64,000 bases of DNA from a virus: positions 41,060 through 105,059 of IMG/VR virus record IMGVR_UViG_3300027797_000016, one strand, 5' to 3'. Below are positions 36,889-46,363 of this stretch, piece after piece. The notes under the pieces were generated by a model that was given only the letters and a program-made list of their open reading frames with translations, had not been told where the DNA came from and did no database searches. A program made the position numbers and the translations under genes. Each line of letters starts with the position of its first letter. The stretch's first letter is position 1.

Positions 36889-39800
36889 TTAGTTTAGAAA
36901 GTTTTGTCCTACAACAACACCATACCAACTAGAACCACCATCAAAGGTCTTATAGGAATAGATATCACTTCTACCTGCAGTTGGTGTTACAATTGGAATA
37001 ACTCCACCACCAGGCCAATTAACAGTAATTGGTGGTCCATCACCAGTTGTAAAGGTATTAATACCAACTCCAAATGCAGCAGTTTGTGTAATTTTAATTG
37101 TAAAGGAACTTACTTCACCTGGAGGATTTGTGATTGTAAAGGAGTTTACCTTATCAGTTGCAGATAATAAGAAGTTCTGTGCTCTTGAGAGATCAACAGT
37201 AACAACATTTGATGCAATAGAAAGTGTTTTTACTGCTTCTCTTGAAGTCTTAATTCTTAAAGTACCCTCAACATCAAGTTTTGTTCTTGGTACTGTGGTT
37301 CCAATACCAACATTAGGACCAACAGTTGTGATTGCAGTTCCACCACTACCAACTACAAGTGTTGCAGTGGTAACGATACCAAGATTAATCGTACCAGTTC
37401 CACCAGAGAAGTTAAAGGAACTTGCAGTAATAATACCAGTGATGATTACATTATTTGCACTTAAGGTATTATTAAATCTTGCAGTATTATTGACCCAAAG
37501 TGAAGTTCCACCAGCGCCAACTGCACCAACCTCAAGTTTAAATCGTGGAACAGAAGTACCAATACCAACATTATTAAGTGCAGTATTATAAATGCCTCCA
37601 GATATTTGAGTCCATCCTGCTGCTGGGACAGTTACTCCAAATAGTCTGGATCCATCACCAACAAAATATGTTGCTGTTAATGTACCAACAATATTTGTAC
37701 CTCCAATAACGTGAAGTTTATATTGATTTGCAGTGGTTCCAATACCAACTCCACCATTTCCATCTATAGAAACTTGAGTTGTTCCAGAACCAACCAGAAG
37801 TTTTGATGTTCCTGGATTATTAGTTGCAATACCAATAGCATCAAAGATGCCAATATTAGCAGTTTTAGAAATACTTACATTACCAAAACGATACCATTCA
37901 TTATCTAAAGTATAAATCCAACCAACATAACCACCCTTCTCTGGGTTGTTAAGGTATACAATGTCTCCTGGGTTTCCTGAAAGTGTTGGTTCAGTGATTC
38001 CTACAGTATACTTTCTTGAGACTATTTCATCACCCTGTAAAAAGAGTGAGTTTGCCTCAAGACCATCAGTAGAAGTTGAGGTTACTTTACCTCTTAAAAC
38101 TACAGGTCCATTAAACTCTGAGATTGCCTTACTATCAGGACCACCCTCTACACGAATTGAGCGACTAAAGTTACCCTCAACTGGACTAATCACATTCAGT
38201 CCAGGAAGACCTCCAATGTCTTCACCAGTCACTGTTTGTATAGGGGTATCAAAGATGTCTTCTTGACCGGTAATAGAACTTAATCTTTTATTACCAGAGT
38301 ATGAAATACCCTTATCATTCATACCAGTGTAGAAGTTAACACCACCATCTTTTTTAGTTGATTGTGCTAATAGTTCTTCTTGTAATGAGATTTGACGGTC
38401 TTGTTTGTCTGGGAATGCAGTTGAGTAGTTACCTGGACCATAACCAACATACTCAAAGGTATGTCCCGACGCTCTCATAATAGAGTGTCTTCTTAATTCA
38501 ATTGGCTCAACACGGATTCTTCTTACAACACTACCAATCGCGTGATTGACTGCACGAGTTCCTAATACACCACGGAACACCTTGATTGGGTTTGTAGGAG
38601 TACTTGGAACATTAGACTTGACTCTTACAATCTCATCATCAATCACCAGATAATCACCAATATTGATATCAAGATTTGATACATTAAGAAGATTAACTTC
38701 ATCAATTAGTGCATCAGGTATCAGTGCAGAAAGTGTAGTAGTAATACCAGCATAAGTTGGAACCATTCTACCATTCAGGTTCTCATTCTCTCTTGTAATC
38801 ACACCTTCATTTGAGGTAAAACCTTCACGATATGCAAGAAGAGTTCCTGTTGCTGCTGGAGCACTTGTAGAAACGCCAATATTCACAATAAAGGAGTTAA
38901 GACTTAAGTTCTCAGTAACAACAAACTGACCAGTATAAAGTGCTTCATTTGCACCAGTAATGCTAATCTTATTATCTACTTTCAGTCCGTGAGCATTGAT
39001 TGTGGTAATCGTTGCAATACCAATTACATTATTATAAGTAAGTGAACTAATACGAATTGCTTCACCAGTTAGATATGTGATTGCATTAGAAGTAAATACT
39101 GGACCAACTGTAGTGGAAATACCCGATACTGCAGAGGCAGATACTGCAGTAAAACTTGTTGCAGAACCTACATTCGTAATACGGTAAAGGTTGTTATAAT
39201 CCTGATAAGAAGTAGAAGTTACGCCAGAAATACTAACAACATCACCAACATTATTATAAATTTGAGTGACTGTAAGAACTGCACCACTAAATCCACCATA
39301 AGAACCAATACCAGTTACAGTCAGTGTATTACCGATTCCATATGCACTACCACCATCCATAATCTTCACATTAGTGATGCTTCCTGAACCATCAACAGTG
39401 ACTTTTGCAGTTGCTTGTTGACCTACAGTAGAAGTTCCAATACCTACAAGACTTGCATTATAATAGTCACCAGGAGTACCAGAACCATAACCTGTACCAG
39501 CATTTGAAATAGAAACTCTTGTAATACGATTGAGTCCGTGATCTAATGAAGTAAAGACATTATGTGAAGTGGATGATACTGAACGAATATCAGTCAGTCC
39601 AATACCAATATCACTATCATTAAATACCTTATTGATAGTTTCTTTTGTTAAACTATTACGAACATCATTCACTACAACTTCACCAATCAGTGAAGAAGAT
39701 GCAAAACACTTGGTTTCTTCAGGGTCTGCTTCTGGATTATCACGATTGATTTGTGGAAAAAGTTCTTTAACTGGTTGTGAGAACTTTTCATTAGTAAATG

Positions 39801-42681
39801 GAGCAACACTTGGAGCATTTGATGCATTAACAAGAGTTAAGTAATAAACACCATCTTGTTCTCCTGCAATATATTTCTGTGCTTCTTCACTTCTGTAGAT
39901 GAAATAAGTATTATTAAATTTCTTTCTTCTAAAATGTGGTAGTGATGTAGATCTATTTGTTGTATCACTTGTAAATGTGCCTGGATTTGTGGTTAATGAG
40001 AAACTAAATTGCTTAGTATTAGCAACTGCAGTCACAGTAAAGGTTCCATTAAATCCAAGATTTGCAGTACCTAAAGTATTATTAGTACTTATAATATTCA
40101 GTATCTCAACTTGAGAACCAATTGTAAGATTATGTGATAGTTCAGTTGTAATAGTTGCTGTGTTAGAACTCCAGATAGCATTTGCAATGAACTTAAAGTT
40201 TCTCTGCTCATTCACATTAGTAATAGATCCAGAACCAAAGTAAGTTTGGATTTCACTATTTGTTGCACCAATTGTTGTGTTACTTTCCTGAATAATAAAT
40301 CCATCACTTGGCGGTCTTGCGGTTGCACCAGAGTCTGATGGGAGAACATAACGAACACGATAGATTGTATCTACTGCATTACGATCATCAGTGAGACGAT
40401 TAAAGAATGTTCTTGGAGTTGCATCACCAAGAACAGAAGATCCAAGACTTACAATCGTTGAGTAAATGGTGTTATTAGATGTTGCAACTTTAATGTACCA
40501 TTGACCTTGAGTATCATCAAACTGAATTGGATGTCCAATGTCTCCAGGATTCTTATCACTAACACGACTTGCAACAGTTAGAGTTCCACCCTTTGCATTA
40601 ATAATGAGTGGTGTTGCACCGATTGCATCATTCTGGGTTTTGGCAATCTTGATTTGATTTGTTCCAATTCCTGACGTAATCGCATAATAAACTGTATTAG
40701 GAGTCATTCCATCAGGAAGTTGACCTGTATCACCAATCACACGAATACTTTCACCATTTGCAAAAGTATGTGCAGTTGTAAGAGTGAGTGTATTGCTTGT
40801 AATGCTATTGACTCCTACACTTCTTCCTACAAAAAACTCTTTCTCACTAGAAGTTTGAGAATCAGGCATTACGATTCTTGCACTATATTCAACGGGAGTT
40901 CCTCCAGATGAAATAAGTACTTTGAGAGTATCATTTTCTCTTGCACCAATACGATATCCTTCGAAAACATTTTCTGGTGGAACATCTGGATTAGTTTGTG
41001 CATAAAGATATAGATGTCCTGTGGATGCAACACCAACAGTTGCATTTACATCAATCGCATTAAACTCAATAGAGGTTTCGGTTTTTGAGAATTCTTTTGG
41101 TGGAATGATGTGTGTAATATATCCTTGGTCATCTTGTGGAAATGCAGTTCTTCTAAATCCCGATGCAACTAGTGCCTTTGCACCAAAGTTTGAGTTGGAG
41201 TTGGTGATAGACATATCTCCACCACTCTCAACCACAAAATGCTCTGCATAACCAATCGCAAATACTGATACGTTTTGAATGAATGCATCATTAGTTGCTT
41301 TAATATGGAAGTTACGATATTCTGGTTTAAAGATTGACCTGGAGTTTGTACTGATAGTCTCATTTCCAGAAACAGTGCTATCTTGATAAACACCAGAATC
41401 ATTATCATAAAGTACAAAAGCATTATCATCTTTTTGCAGTCCAATACCAGTGAATTGAGCAACCACCATCGATTTAAATCCAGTTGCTTTATTACCATCC
41501 GCGAGCAATCCACACATACCAAAGACAGAACGCAGAGTTATGTTAAAGATATATGGTGATGCAGAAGTTACAGTATCTGACTGAAGTGTTAAAGAAGATC
41601 CAGTAACTGAAGGAAGAGCAAGTGATGGTGCATTTTGTACTTGATAGGTAAGTTCTGTATCACTCAACTTTTCAGCAACAACAAATTGTCCATTATATCC
41701 AGGTGCAGTAATTCCTCCGATTCTAAATGGAGTATCAACATCTAAACCAGGAACTGCAGTGGTCGTTGTAACTGTGATGATTTTAGAAGGTACTACACCA
41801 TTTCCAGCACGAATACTTGAGATTCCTGCAGATTCTCCTATGGATCCTACAATACGGAACTCATCAATCTTTGGTTGAATATCAATACCAGAACTTGGAT
41901 AATCAGGTGAAATTTCACGACCTGATGATTGTCCATATGCAAGTCCAACTTTCTCATAATACATCTCAAGATCTGTGCGATCTGTGGAGTATGTTTGGAA
42001 AGGATCAGAAATATTTACATCGTTTACACCATCAGCATACTCAAAACACGCTAACTTATGATGTGAGAAGTTAGGAACAAATGTGTTGCTAGTGTAATCA
42101 ATATAACAGGTTCCATTAGGATCTGCATCAAACATTGAGAACTGCCAGAGATAGCAAGCACCAGTGACCCGGAATATTGCAGAACGTTCAATATTGTTAT
42201 TGGTTGGGTTTGGAACATACAGAGGTCTTATTTTCGTCTTTCTTAAATCAAGACCAACAATAGAAGTTCCTCTTGGAATAATGACCCCACCATTAATACT
42301 ATTCAGTTTGTAAAGTTGATTATTTGGGTCTACTAAATTAAAACTAGTGGTGAGGTCAAATGGTGGAAAGTCATTACTTGTAGATCCATTACGAAGTCTA
42401 TAGTTATTAGAACCATCAGGAATCCATCCTGGACGATTATCTACGATATGATCGCCAGGATATAGAAGAATTGTCGTTTTTGCGAATCTATCGTTATTCA
42501 GTCCTTGCTGATACGAAAATCTCGCAGATTCTATCAAAGAACGTTGAATAGTTTTAAATGGACGAGTTAATGAACTCCCTTGATTTTCAATAGAGTCAGT
42601 TGCATCAAGACTATTGGGATCTACATATATGATATTTCCACGAACAGATTTCAAAAAATTATTTAATCTTGAAAGACCCAT
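36889..42681 (-). CDS. Large virion structural protein, 1930 aa
   Basis: LSRL.NFLK...YVDPN..DATDS N-terminus typical of cyanomyoviruses; late promoter at 42712. Confidence 0.85.
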   Translation of the reverse strand: MGLSRLNNFLKSVRGNIIYVDPNSLDATDSIENQGSSLTRPFKTIQRSLIESARFSYQQGLNNDRFAKTTILLYPGDHIVDNRPGWIPDGSNNYRLRNGSTSNDFPPFDLTTSFNLVDPNNQLYKLNSINGGVIIPRGTSIVGLDLRKTKIRPLYVPNPTNNNIERSAIFRVTGACYLWQFSMFDADPNGTCYIDYTSNTFVPNFSHHKLACFEYADGVNDVNISDPFQTYSTDRTDLEMYYEKVGLAYGQSSGREISPDYPSSGIDIQPKIDEFRIVGSIGESAGISSIRAGNGVVPSKIITVTTTTAVPGLDVDTPFRIGGITAPGYNGQFVVAEKLSDTELTYQVQNAPSLALPSVTGSSLTLQSDTVTSASPYIFNITLRSVFGMCGLLADGNKATGFKSMVVAQFTGIGLQKDDNAFVLYDNDSGVYQDSTVSGNETISTNSRSIFKPEYRNFHIKATNDAFIQNVSVFAIGYAEHFVVESGGDMSITNSNSNFGAKALVASGFRRTAFPQDDQGYITHIIPPKEFSKTETSIEFNAIDVNATVGVASTGHLYLYAQTNPDVPPENVFEGYRIGARENDTLKVLISSGGTPVEYSARIVMPDSQTSSEKEFFVGRSVGVNSITSNTLTLTTAHTFANGESIRVIGDTGQLPDGMTPNTVYYAITSGIGTNQIKIAKTQNDAIGATPLIINAKGGTLTVASRVSDKNPGDIGHPIQFDDTQGQWYIKVATSNNTIYSTIVSLGSSVLGDATPRTFFNRLTDDRNAVDTIYRVRYVLPSDSGATARPPSDGFIIQESNTTIGATNSEIQTYFGSGSITNVNEQRNFKFIANAIWSSNTATITTELSHNLTIGSQVEILNIISTNNTLGTANLGFNGTFTVTAVANTKQFSFSLTTNPGTFTSDTTNRSTSLPHFRRKKFNNTYFIYRSEEAQKYIAGEQDGVYYLTLVNASNAPSVAPFTNEKFSQPVKELFPQINRDNPEADPEETKCFASSSLIGEVVVNDVRNSLTKETINKVFNDSDIGIGLTDIRSVSSTSHNVFTSLDHGLNRITRVSISNAGTGYGSGTPGDYYNASLVGIGTSTVGQQATAKVTVDGSGSITNVKIMDGGSAYGIGNTLTVTGIGSYGGFSGAVLTVTQIYNNVGDVVSISGVTSTSYQDYNNLYRITNVGSATSFTAVSASAVSGISTTVGPVFTSNAITYLTGEAIRISSLTYNNVIGIATITTINAHGLKVDNKISITGANEALYTGQFVVTENLSLNSFIVNIGVSTSAPAATGTLLAYREGFTSNEGVITRENENLNGRMVPTYAGITTTLSALIPDALIDEVNLLNVSNLDINIGDYLVIDDEIVRVKSNVPSTPTNPIKVFRGVLGTRAVNHAIGSVVRRIRVEPIELRRHSIMRASGHTFEYVGYGPGNYSTAFPDKQDRQISLQEELLAQSTKKDGGVNFYTGMNDKGISYSGNKRLSSITGQEDIFDTPIQTVTGEDIGGLPGLNVISPVEGNFSRSIRVEGGPDSKAISEFNGPVVLRGKVTSTSTDGLEANSLFLQGDEIVSRKYTVGITEPTLSGNPGDIVYLNNPEKGGYVGWIYTLDNEWYRFGNVSISKTANIGIFDAIGIATNNPGTSKLLVGSGTTQVSIDGNGGVGIGTTANQYKLHVIGGTNIVGTLTATYFVGDGSRLFGVTVPAAGWTQISGGIYNTALNNVGIGTSVPRFKLEVGAVGAGGTSLWVNNTARFNNTLSANNVIITGIITASSFNFSGGTGTINLGIVTTATLVVGSGGTAITTVGPNVGIGTTVPRTKLDVEGTLRIKTSREAVKTLSIASNVVTVDLSRAQNFLLSATDKVNSFTITNPPGEVSSFTIKITQTAAFGVGINTFTTGDGPPITVNWPGGGVIPIVTPTAGRSDIYSYKTFDGGSSWYGVVVGQNFLN

Positions 42682-42710
42682 TTTTATTACTACTATAAGT
42701 TCCTTATCAT

Positions 42711-43502
42711 TTATTTATCGTCCTTATTTCTTGGTCTTCTTGTTGCTTTCCATCCTTTATAATTATCTTGCTTTCCATTTACGACTTCATATACAAACTT
42801 AGAAAATAAATTATTTTCTTTGCAAAATTTTAAAGCATTAATAGTTTTAAATATTTCACCATCAGGAGAAATAAAAGTATAAACATACTTACATTTTGAA
42901 TCACTTAACTTTTCTTTAGTTTCAATAGTGTGATTTTTATTATAAAAAGGATTTTTTTCTCCCGTTATATCTCTTCCACCATTTTCCCAAAATTTTTTAT
43001 GCGACACACTTATTTTATTTTTATGCTCCTCTTCTTTTTTAATTCCTTTCATTTTTTTGGAAAATTTTTCAATATGTTCTTTTGATTTTGGTGGTTTTGA
43101 TTTACCCTTTAAAGATTTTGATATATTTTCTCTTCTTTCTATACTAAATTTAATTCCTGTTTTTAATTCACTCATTCTTTTTTTACAATTTTCATATAAA
43201 ACTGAGGTATATCTTACTTGAGTTTTATTTTTTGCACTCATACTACAGAATGCCTGATTCATTTTAATAGTTTTATAATGCTTTAATCCATACCTTTTGA
43301 TACAAATCTTTTCCAATAATGCGTGAGCAATATAATGTTCTCTTGCGGCCAAATAGACAATTCTTTTATTATTTCCATATATGCTTTTAGGAAATGTATG
43401 ATGTCCCTCAACATACACTCCTTTCTCCTTTGCTTTCTTTTTAGTGTAATTTCTTTGTTCTGCTTTTCTTATGAGGTTACAATAAACCTTTAGATAATTC
43501 AT
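42711..43502 (-). CDS. Free-standing HNH (Mob-like) homing endonuclease with NUMOD domains
   Basis: EGHHTFPKS...NKRIVYLAAREHYIAHALL; GEKNPFY. Confidence 0.85.
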   Translation of the reverse strand: MNYLKVYCNLIRKAEQRNYTKKKAKEKGVYVEGHHTFPKSIYGNNKRIVYLAAREHYIAHALLEKICIKRYGLKHYKTIKMNQAFCSMSAKNKTQVRYTSVLYENCKKRMSELKTGIKFSIERRENISKSLKGKSKPPKSKEHIEKFSKKMKGIKKEEEHKNKISVSHKKFWENGGRDITGEKNPFYNKNHTIETKEKLSDSKCKYVYTFISPDGEIFKTINALKFCKENNLFSKFVYEVVNGKQDNYKGWKATRRPRNKDDK

Positions 43503-43529
43503 ACTGCTCTTAAAACTGACTAGCAATAT

Positions 43530-43537
43530 TATTTATA
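43530..43537 (-). promoter_or_regulatory. T4-type late promoter TATAAATA for the HNH gene
   Basis: Exact consensus. Confidence 0.8.
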
Positions 43538-43539
43538 CT

Positions 43540-43566
43540 AAAAAGGAGGAGATTTTAGTCTCCTCC
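43540..43566 (-). terminator. Intrinsic terminator
   Basis: GGAGGAGA-CTAAAA-TCTCCTCC-TTTTT. Confidence 0.85.
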
Positions 43567-43596
43567 AACCTCAAAGATGCTAGTCAGTTAAGGCAT
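43540..43596 (-). ncRNA. Putative antisense small RNA 2 (to the HNH mRNA leader)
   Basis: ATAAATA at 43600-43606; complementary to leader 43505-43525; homologous to sRNA 1. Confidence 0.55.
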
Positions 43597-43598
43597 TT

Positions 43599-44231
43599 TT
43601 ATTTATTACTCTTCCACTTATGATCTTTCCATTTTAGTCTTTTTTCTAATTCTTTATCAAAGATTAGCATATATCTATGTTTCCTGGTTCTCTCTCTCCA
43701 CTCGCCTTTAAGACTCCTTGTAGGACCTCTTGAGTGCTTTATATAGGATCCATCAGGTTGTTCAATCCAGAAGTCACTCTTAGGATCGGTCGTCCCAAAA
43801 TACCGGAAATTAGTTGCACGATAAATGACTCCTGTATGGTGATTAGCATCAGCATAGCTAAGAATACAACGAACATTTGCATCTTTACGAAACCTCTTGA
43901 TACAACGACTTACGAACCAGGATGTGATATTATATTCTTCTTTTTGGACATCTGGATGAACACAAAGTCTTGAGAGTTCATAGAGACCTTCCTGTTCATT
44001 TCTTTGTAGTCCAAATGCACCTACGGCAAGCTCTGGAACTGGGAAAGAAGTAAAAACGCAAGCAGCAATAGGGCTGCCAATTCTAAGGACATCTGTGAAA
44101 GATTTTCTATAGAGTGCATAGTTATAGTGACTTTTAAAAGTTTTACTCTCATCCTTAAGATAATGATATGTTAAAAGGAGTGGTTCAAGTTCTTTTTTTG
44201 TCACTCTTTCTATATAGAAGTCACTTTTCAT
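43599..44231 (-). CDS. Mom-like (GNAT-fold) DNA-modification protein
   Basis: HYL...ELSRL...SYAD...H.G.IY.ATNF.Y.G motifs of the Mu Mom family. Confidence 0.75.
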   Translation of the reverse strand: MKSDFYIERVTKKELEPLLLTYHYLKDESKTFKSHYNYALYRKSFTDVLRIGSPIAACVFTSFPVPELAVGAFGLQRNEQEGLYELSRLCVHPDVQKEEYNITSWFVSRCIKRFRKDANVRCILSYADANHHTGVIYRATNFRYFGTTDPKSDFWIEQPDGSYIKHSRGPTRSLKGEWRERTRKHRYMLIFDKELEKRLKWKDHKWKSNK

Positions 44232-44249
44232 AATAATAAGTATTTGTAA

Positions 44250-44783
44250 TTATTTACTAACACGATTATATGATTTTCCATAAAATGGATTATTTTCTCC
44301 AGTAATATCTCTTCCACAATCTTTCCAATATTTTTTGGCAGCTTTTCTCATTTTATTTTTAGTTTCCTCACTATGCGGTTTTCTTTTTCTATTCTTAGAA
44401 GAAAGTTTCATTTTTTCTATTGTTTCTGGTGAATGTTTTTTACCATAAAATGGATTTTTACTGCCAGGTTTTGAAATTTTTTTCTTAGTATCTTCATTAT
44501 GCGAATATCCAGATATTCCATCACCACCGTTAGTCATATTACGAAGAATACCAGTTCTCAAATCTTTTCTACCAAAAATAGAAATCATATAAACTTCGTG
44601 TTTATTTGCCTCTTCTTCTGTAATATTTTTCTTTAAGAAGATAATTTTATTATTGTCTTTTGGTTTTAAGTTTGTTTTATTTTGTCTAATATGACTTTTA
44701 TAAACTCTCCTTCCTCTACCTTTACCAATATAATAGGGAGTTCCGTCTTTACGCAAATATGCGTAAGTGTAATATTCGTTCAT
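44250..44783 (-). CDS. Free-standing GIY-YIG-type homing endonuclease with NUMOD3 repeats
   Basis: YYTYAYLRKDGTPYYIGKG; paralog of 3994..4665; late promoter at about 44807-44814. Confidence 0.85.
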   Translation of the reverse strand: MNEYYTYAYLRKDGTPYYIGKGRGRRVYKSHIRQNKTNLKPKDNNKIIFLKKNITEEEANKHEVYMISIFGRKDLRTGILRNMTNGGDGISGYSHNEDTKKKISKPGSKNPFYGKKHSPETIEKMKLSSKNRKRKPHSEETKNKMRKAAKKYWKDCGRDITGENNPFYGKSYNRVSK

Positions 44784-44883
44784 TGTGTCTTGGTGTTGAC
44801 TATTAATATTTATAACATAAAAGTGGGACTTATACAACTATATCCACCAAGACACAAGTTGCTGCCCATTTTACTTAATTATG

Positions 44884-45042
44884 TTATGATTTGCTGATAA
44901 GGTACTCAACAGTATTTGCTACATCATTCATAGCATCACGAAGATTTTCTCTTTGACCTGATTCCATATCAAAAGTAACGGGATCTGTAAGAGTCCATCT
45001 CCACTGATTCATATCTTTATTGAACCATAGGTTAATTATCAT
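44884..45042 (-). CDS. Hypothetical protein, 52 aa (MIINLWFNKDMNQWRWTL...)
   Basis: Translated by hand. Confidence 0.75.
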   Translation of the reverse strand: MIINLWFNKDMNQWRWTLTDPVTFDMESGQRENLRDAMNDVANTVEYLISKS

Positions 45043-45194
45043 TATGATTTTTTATATTTTTCTAATTTGATCCAATTTAGGAGTGCATTTAGTTCTCCTC
45101 GTTTTGATTCAGTCATATCTTGACCTTTACTGAAGAGATAGAAATCAATTGCTTCAATAGTGAGATTACGATCTTTTTGTGAAATTAGAGACAT
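45042..45194 (-). CDS. Hypothetical protein, 50 aa (MSLISQKDR...)
   Basis: Translated by hand. Confidence 0.7.
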   Translation of the reverse strand: MSLISQKDRNLTIEAIDFYLFSKGQDMTESKRGELNALLNWIKLEKYKKS

Positions 45195-45216
45195 ATTAAA
45201 GTTTTTAAGAAACTTA

Positions 45217-45288
45217 AGCCCCCGATCTGATTTGAACAGACGGCCGACGGTTTACAAAACCGTTGCTCTACCACTGAGCTACAAGGGC
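45217..45288 (-). tRNA. trnT: tRNA-Thr(UGU), no encoded CCA
   Basis: GCCCTTGTAGCTCAGTGGTAGAGCA-ACGGT-TTTGTAA-ACCGT...GTTCAAATC...GGGGGCT cloverleaf. Confidence 0.95.
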
Positions 45289-45297
45289 AACAAAAGA

Positions 45298-45326
45298 ATT
45301 ATAGATTATTTAGAGCATTTTGTCAA
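45298..45326 (-). promoter_or_regulatory. Sigma70 promoter for tRNA-Thr
   Basis: Perfect TTGACA-17-TATAAT. Confidence 0.9.
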
Positions 45327-45588
45327 GGACTTCAGGATTCTCAAGATCCATTTCGAATAAACAAGGATGTGCCTCCTCATCAATTAAGTAGAATGATTTT
45401 TGATAGAAAAATTCTGGATCATATGTTAGATGCTCATTTGCTTTTTGGATGATCTCTGGATCATCTTGCATAATAATTGGTATTTCATCAAAAGTAAATG
45501 CAATACCATTAATATAATAAGTTAGAATAATAAACTTATCGTCTTCTGTCTCATACCAATTATAAGAAGTTGTGATCTTATATTTCAT
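45310..45588 (-). CDS. Hypothetical acidic protein
   Basis: ORF track; late promoter at about 45600. Confidence 0.8.
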   Translation of the reverse strand: MKYKITTSYNWYETEDDKFIILTYYINGIAFTFDEIPIIMQDDPEIIQKANEHLTYDPEFFYQKSFYLIDEEAHPCLFEMDLENPEVLDKML

Positions 45589-45599
45589 TGGTTTTTTTA

Positions 45600-46328
45600 T
45601 TATTTATTGATCCATTTGCGAATAGAATTATCACTAACACCATATTTTTTACCTACAGCAAGATAAGAACTTTCTTTTACTTCTTGTAATAATTGTTCTT
45701 TAGAAGGTCTTTCAACTTTTCTTTGAGATTTTGAATAACAACTATTACAAAGACCCGTTTTGCAGTTTGTTTTTAATTCAACCTCACACGAAGAACATTT
45801 ATGAATTTTTTTGGTTCGTATTATTTGAATTTTATTTTTTATTGTTTGTGAGTTTTTATTTTTCTTATTTTTACCACGATATGTTGGTGTTTTAGCGTGG
45901 CAGTTGGGACATAATATTTTTAGATTTTCTAACATATTGTTATAATGGTCTCCATCAATATGATCTAATTCTAAAGGTATTGGTTCTCCTAACCATTCAC
46001 TCAACTCACAACATTCGCATCTATGATTCTTTAATCCCTCTATAATTAATCTTTTTCGCAATTTGTTAGAATTGTACTCATAATTCTTAACAAGTATTTC
46101 GCTTAATGGAGTTGTATTAAACTTGTGAGTTTTCCCCTTTAGATGTCCTTGACCTGTAAAATGTGAAGTGTCTATTCCATAAAGTTTTTCAAATTTTTTA
46201 AATACTCTATAGTTTCCACCTCTTGGAGATAATCCAAGTTTTGTAAGTGCTTGTGCTATAGAAAAACTTTCTTCTACTGCTTTTTTAAAGTCTTCTATAG
46301 AATATGAATGTTTCATACTGATAAACAT
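45600..46328 (-). CDS. Free-standing HNH endonuclease with zinc ribbons (start at 46328 or 46316)
   Basis: CECC...LELDHIDGD..NN..ENLKILCPNCH; C-terminal HTH. Confidence 0.9.
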   Translation of the reverse strand: MFISMKHSYSIEDFKKAVEESFSIAQALTKLGLSPRGGNYRVFKKFEKLYGIDTSHFTGQGHLKGKTHKFNTTPLSEILVKNYEYNSNKLRKRLIIEGLKNHRCECCELSEWLGEPIPLELDHIDGDHYNNMLENLKILCPNCHAKTPTYRGKNKKNKNSQTIKNKIQIIRTKKIHKCSSCEVELKTNCKTGLCNSCYSKSQRKVERPSKEQLLQEVKESSYLAVGKKYGVSDNSIRKWINK

Positions 46329-46363
46329 ATTGTATAGTTATTTATATAAGTTTATCAGTTCAA

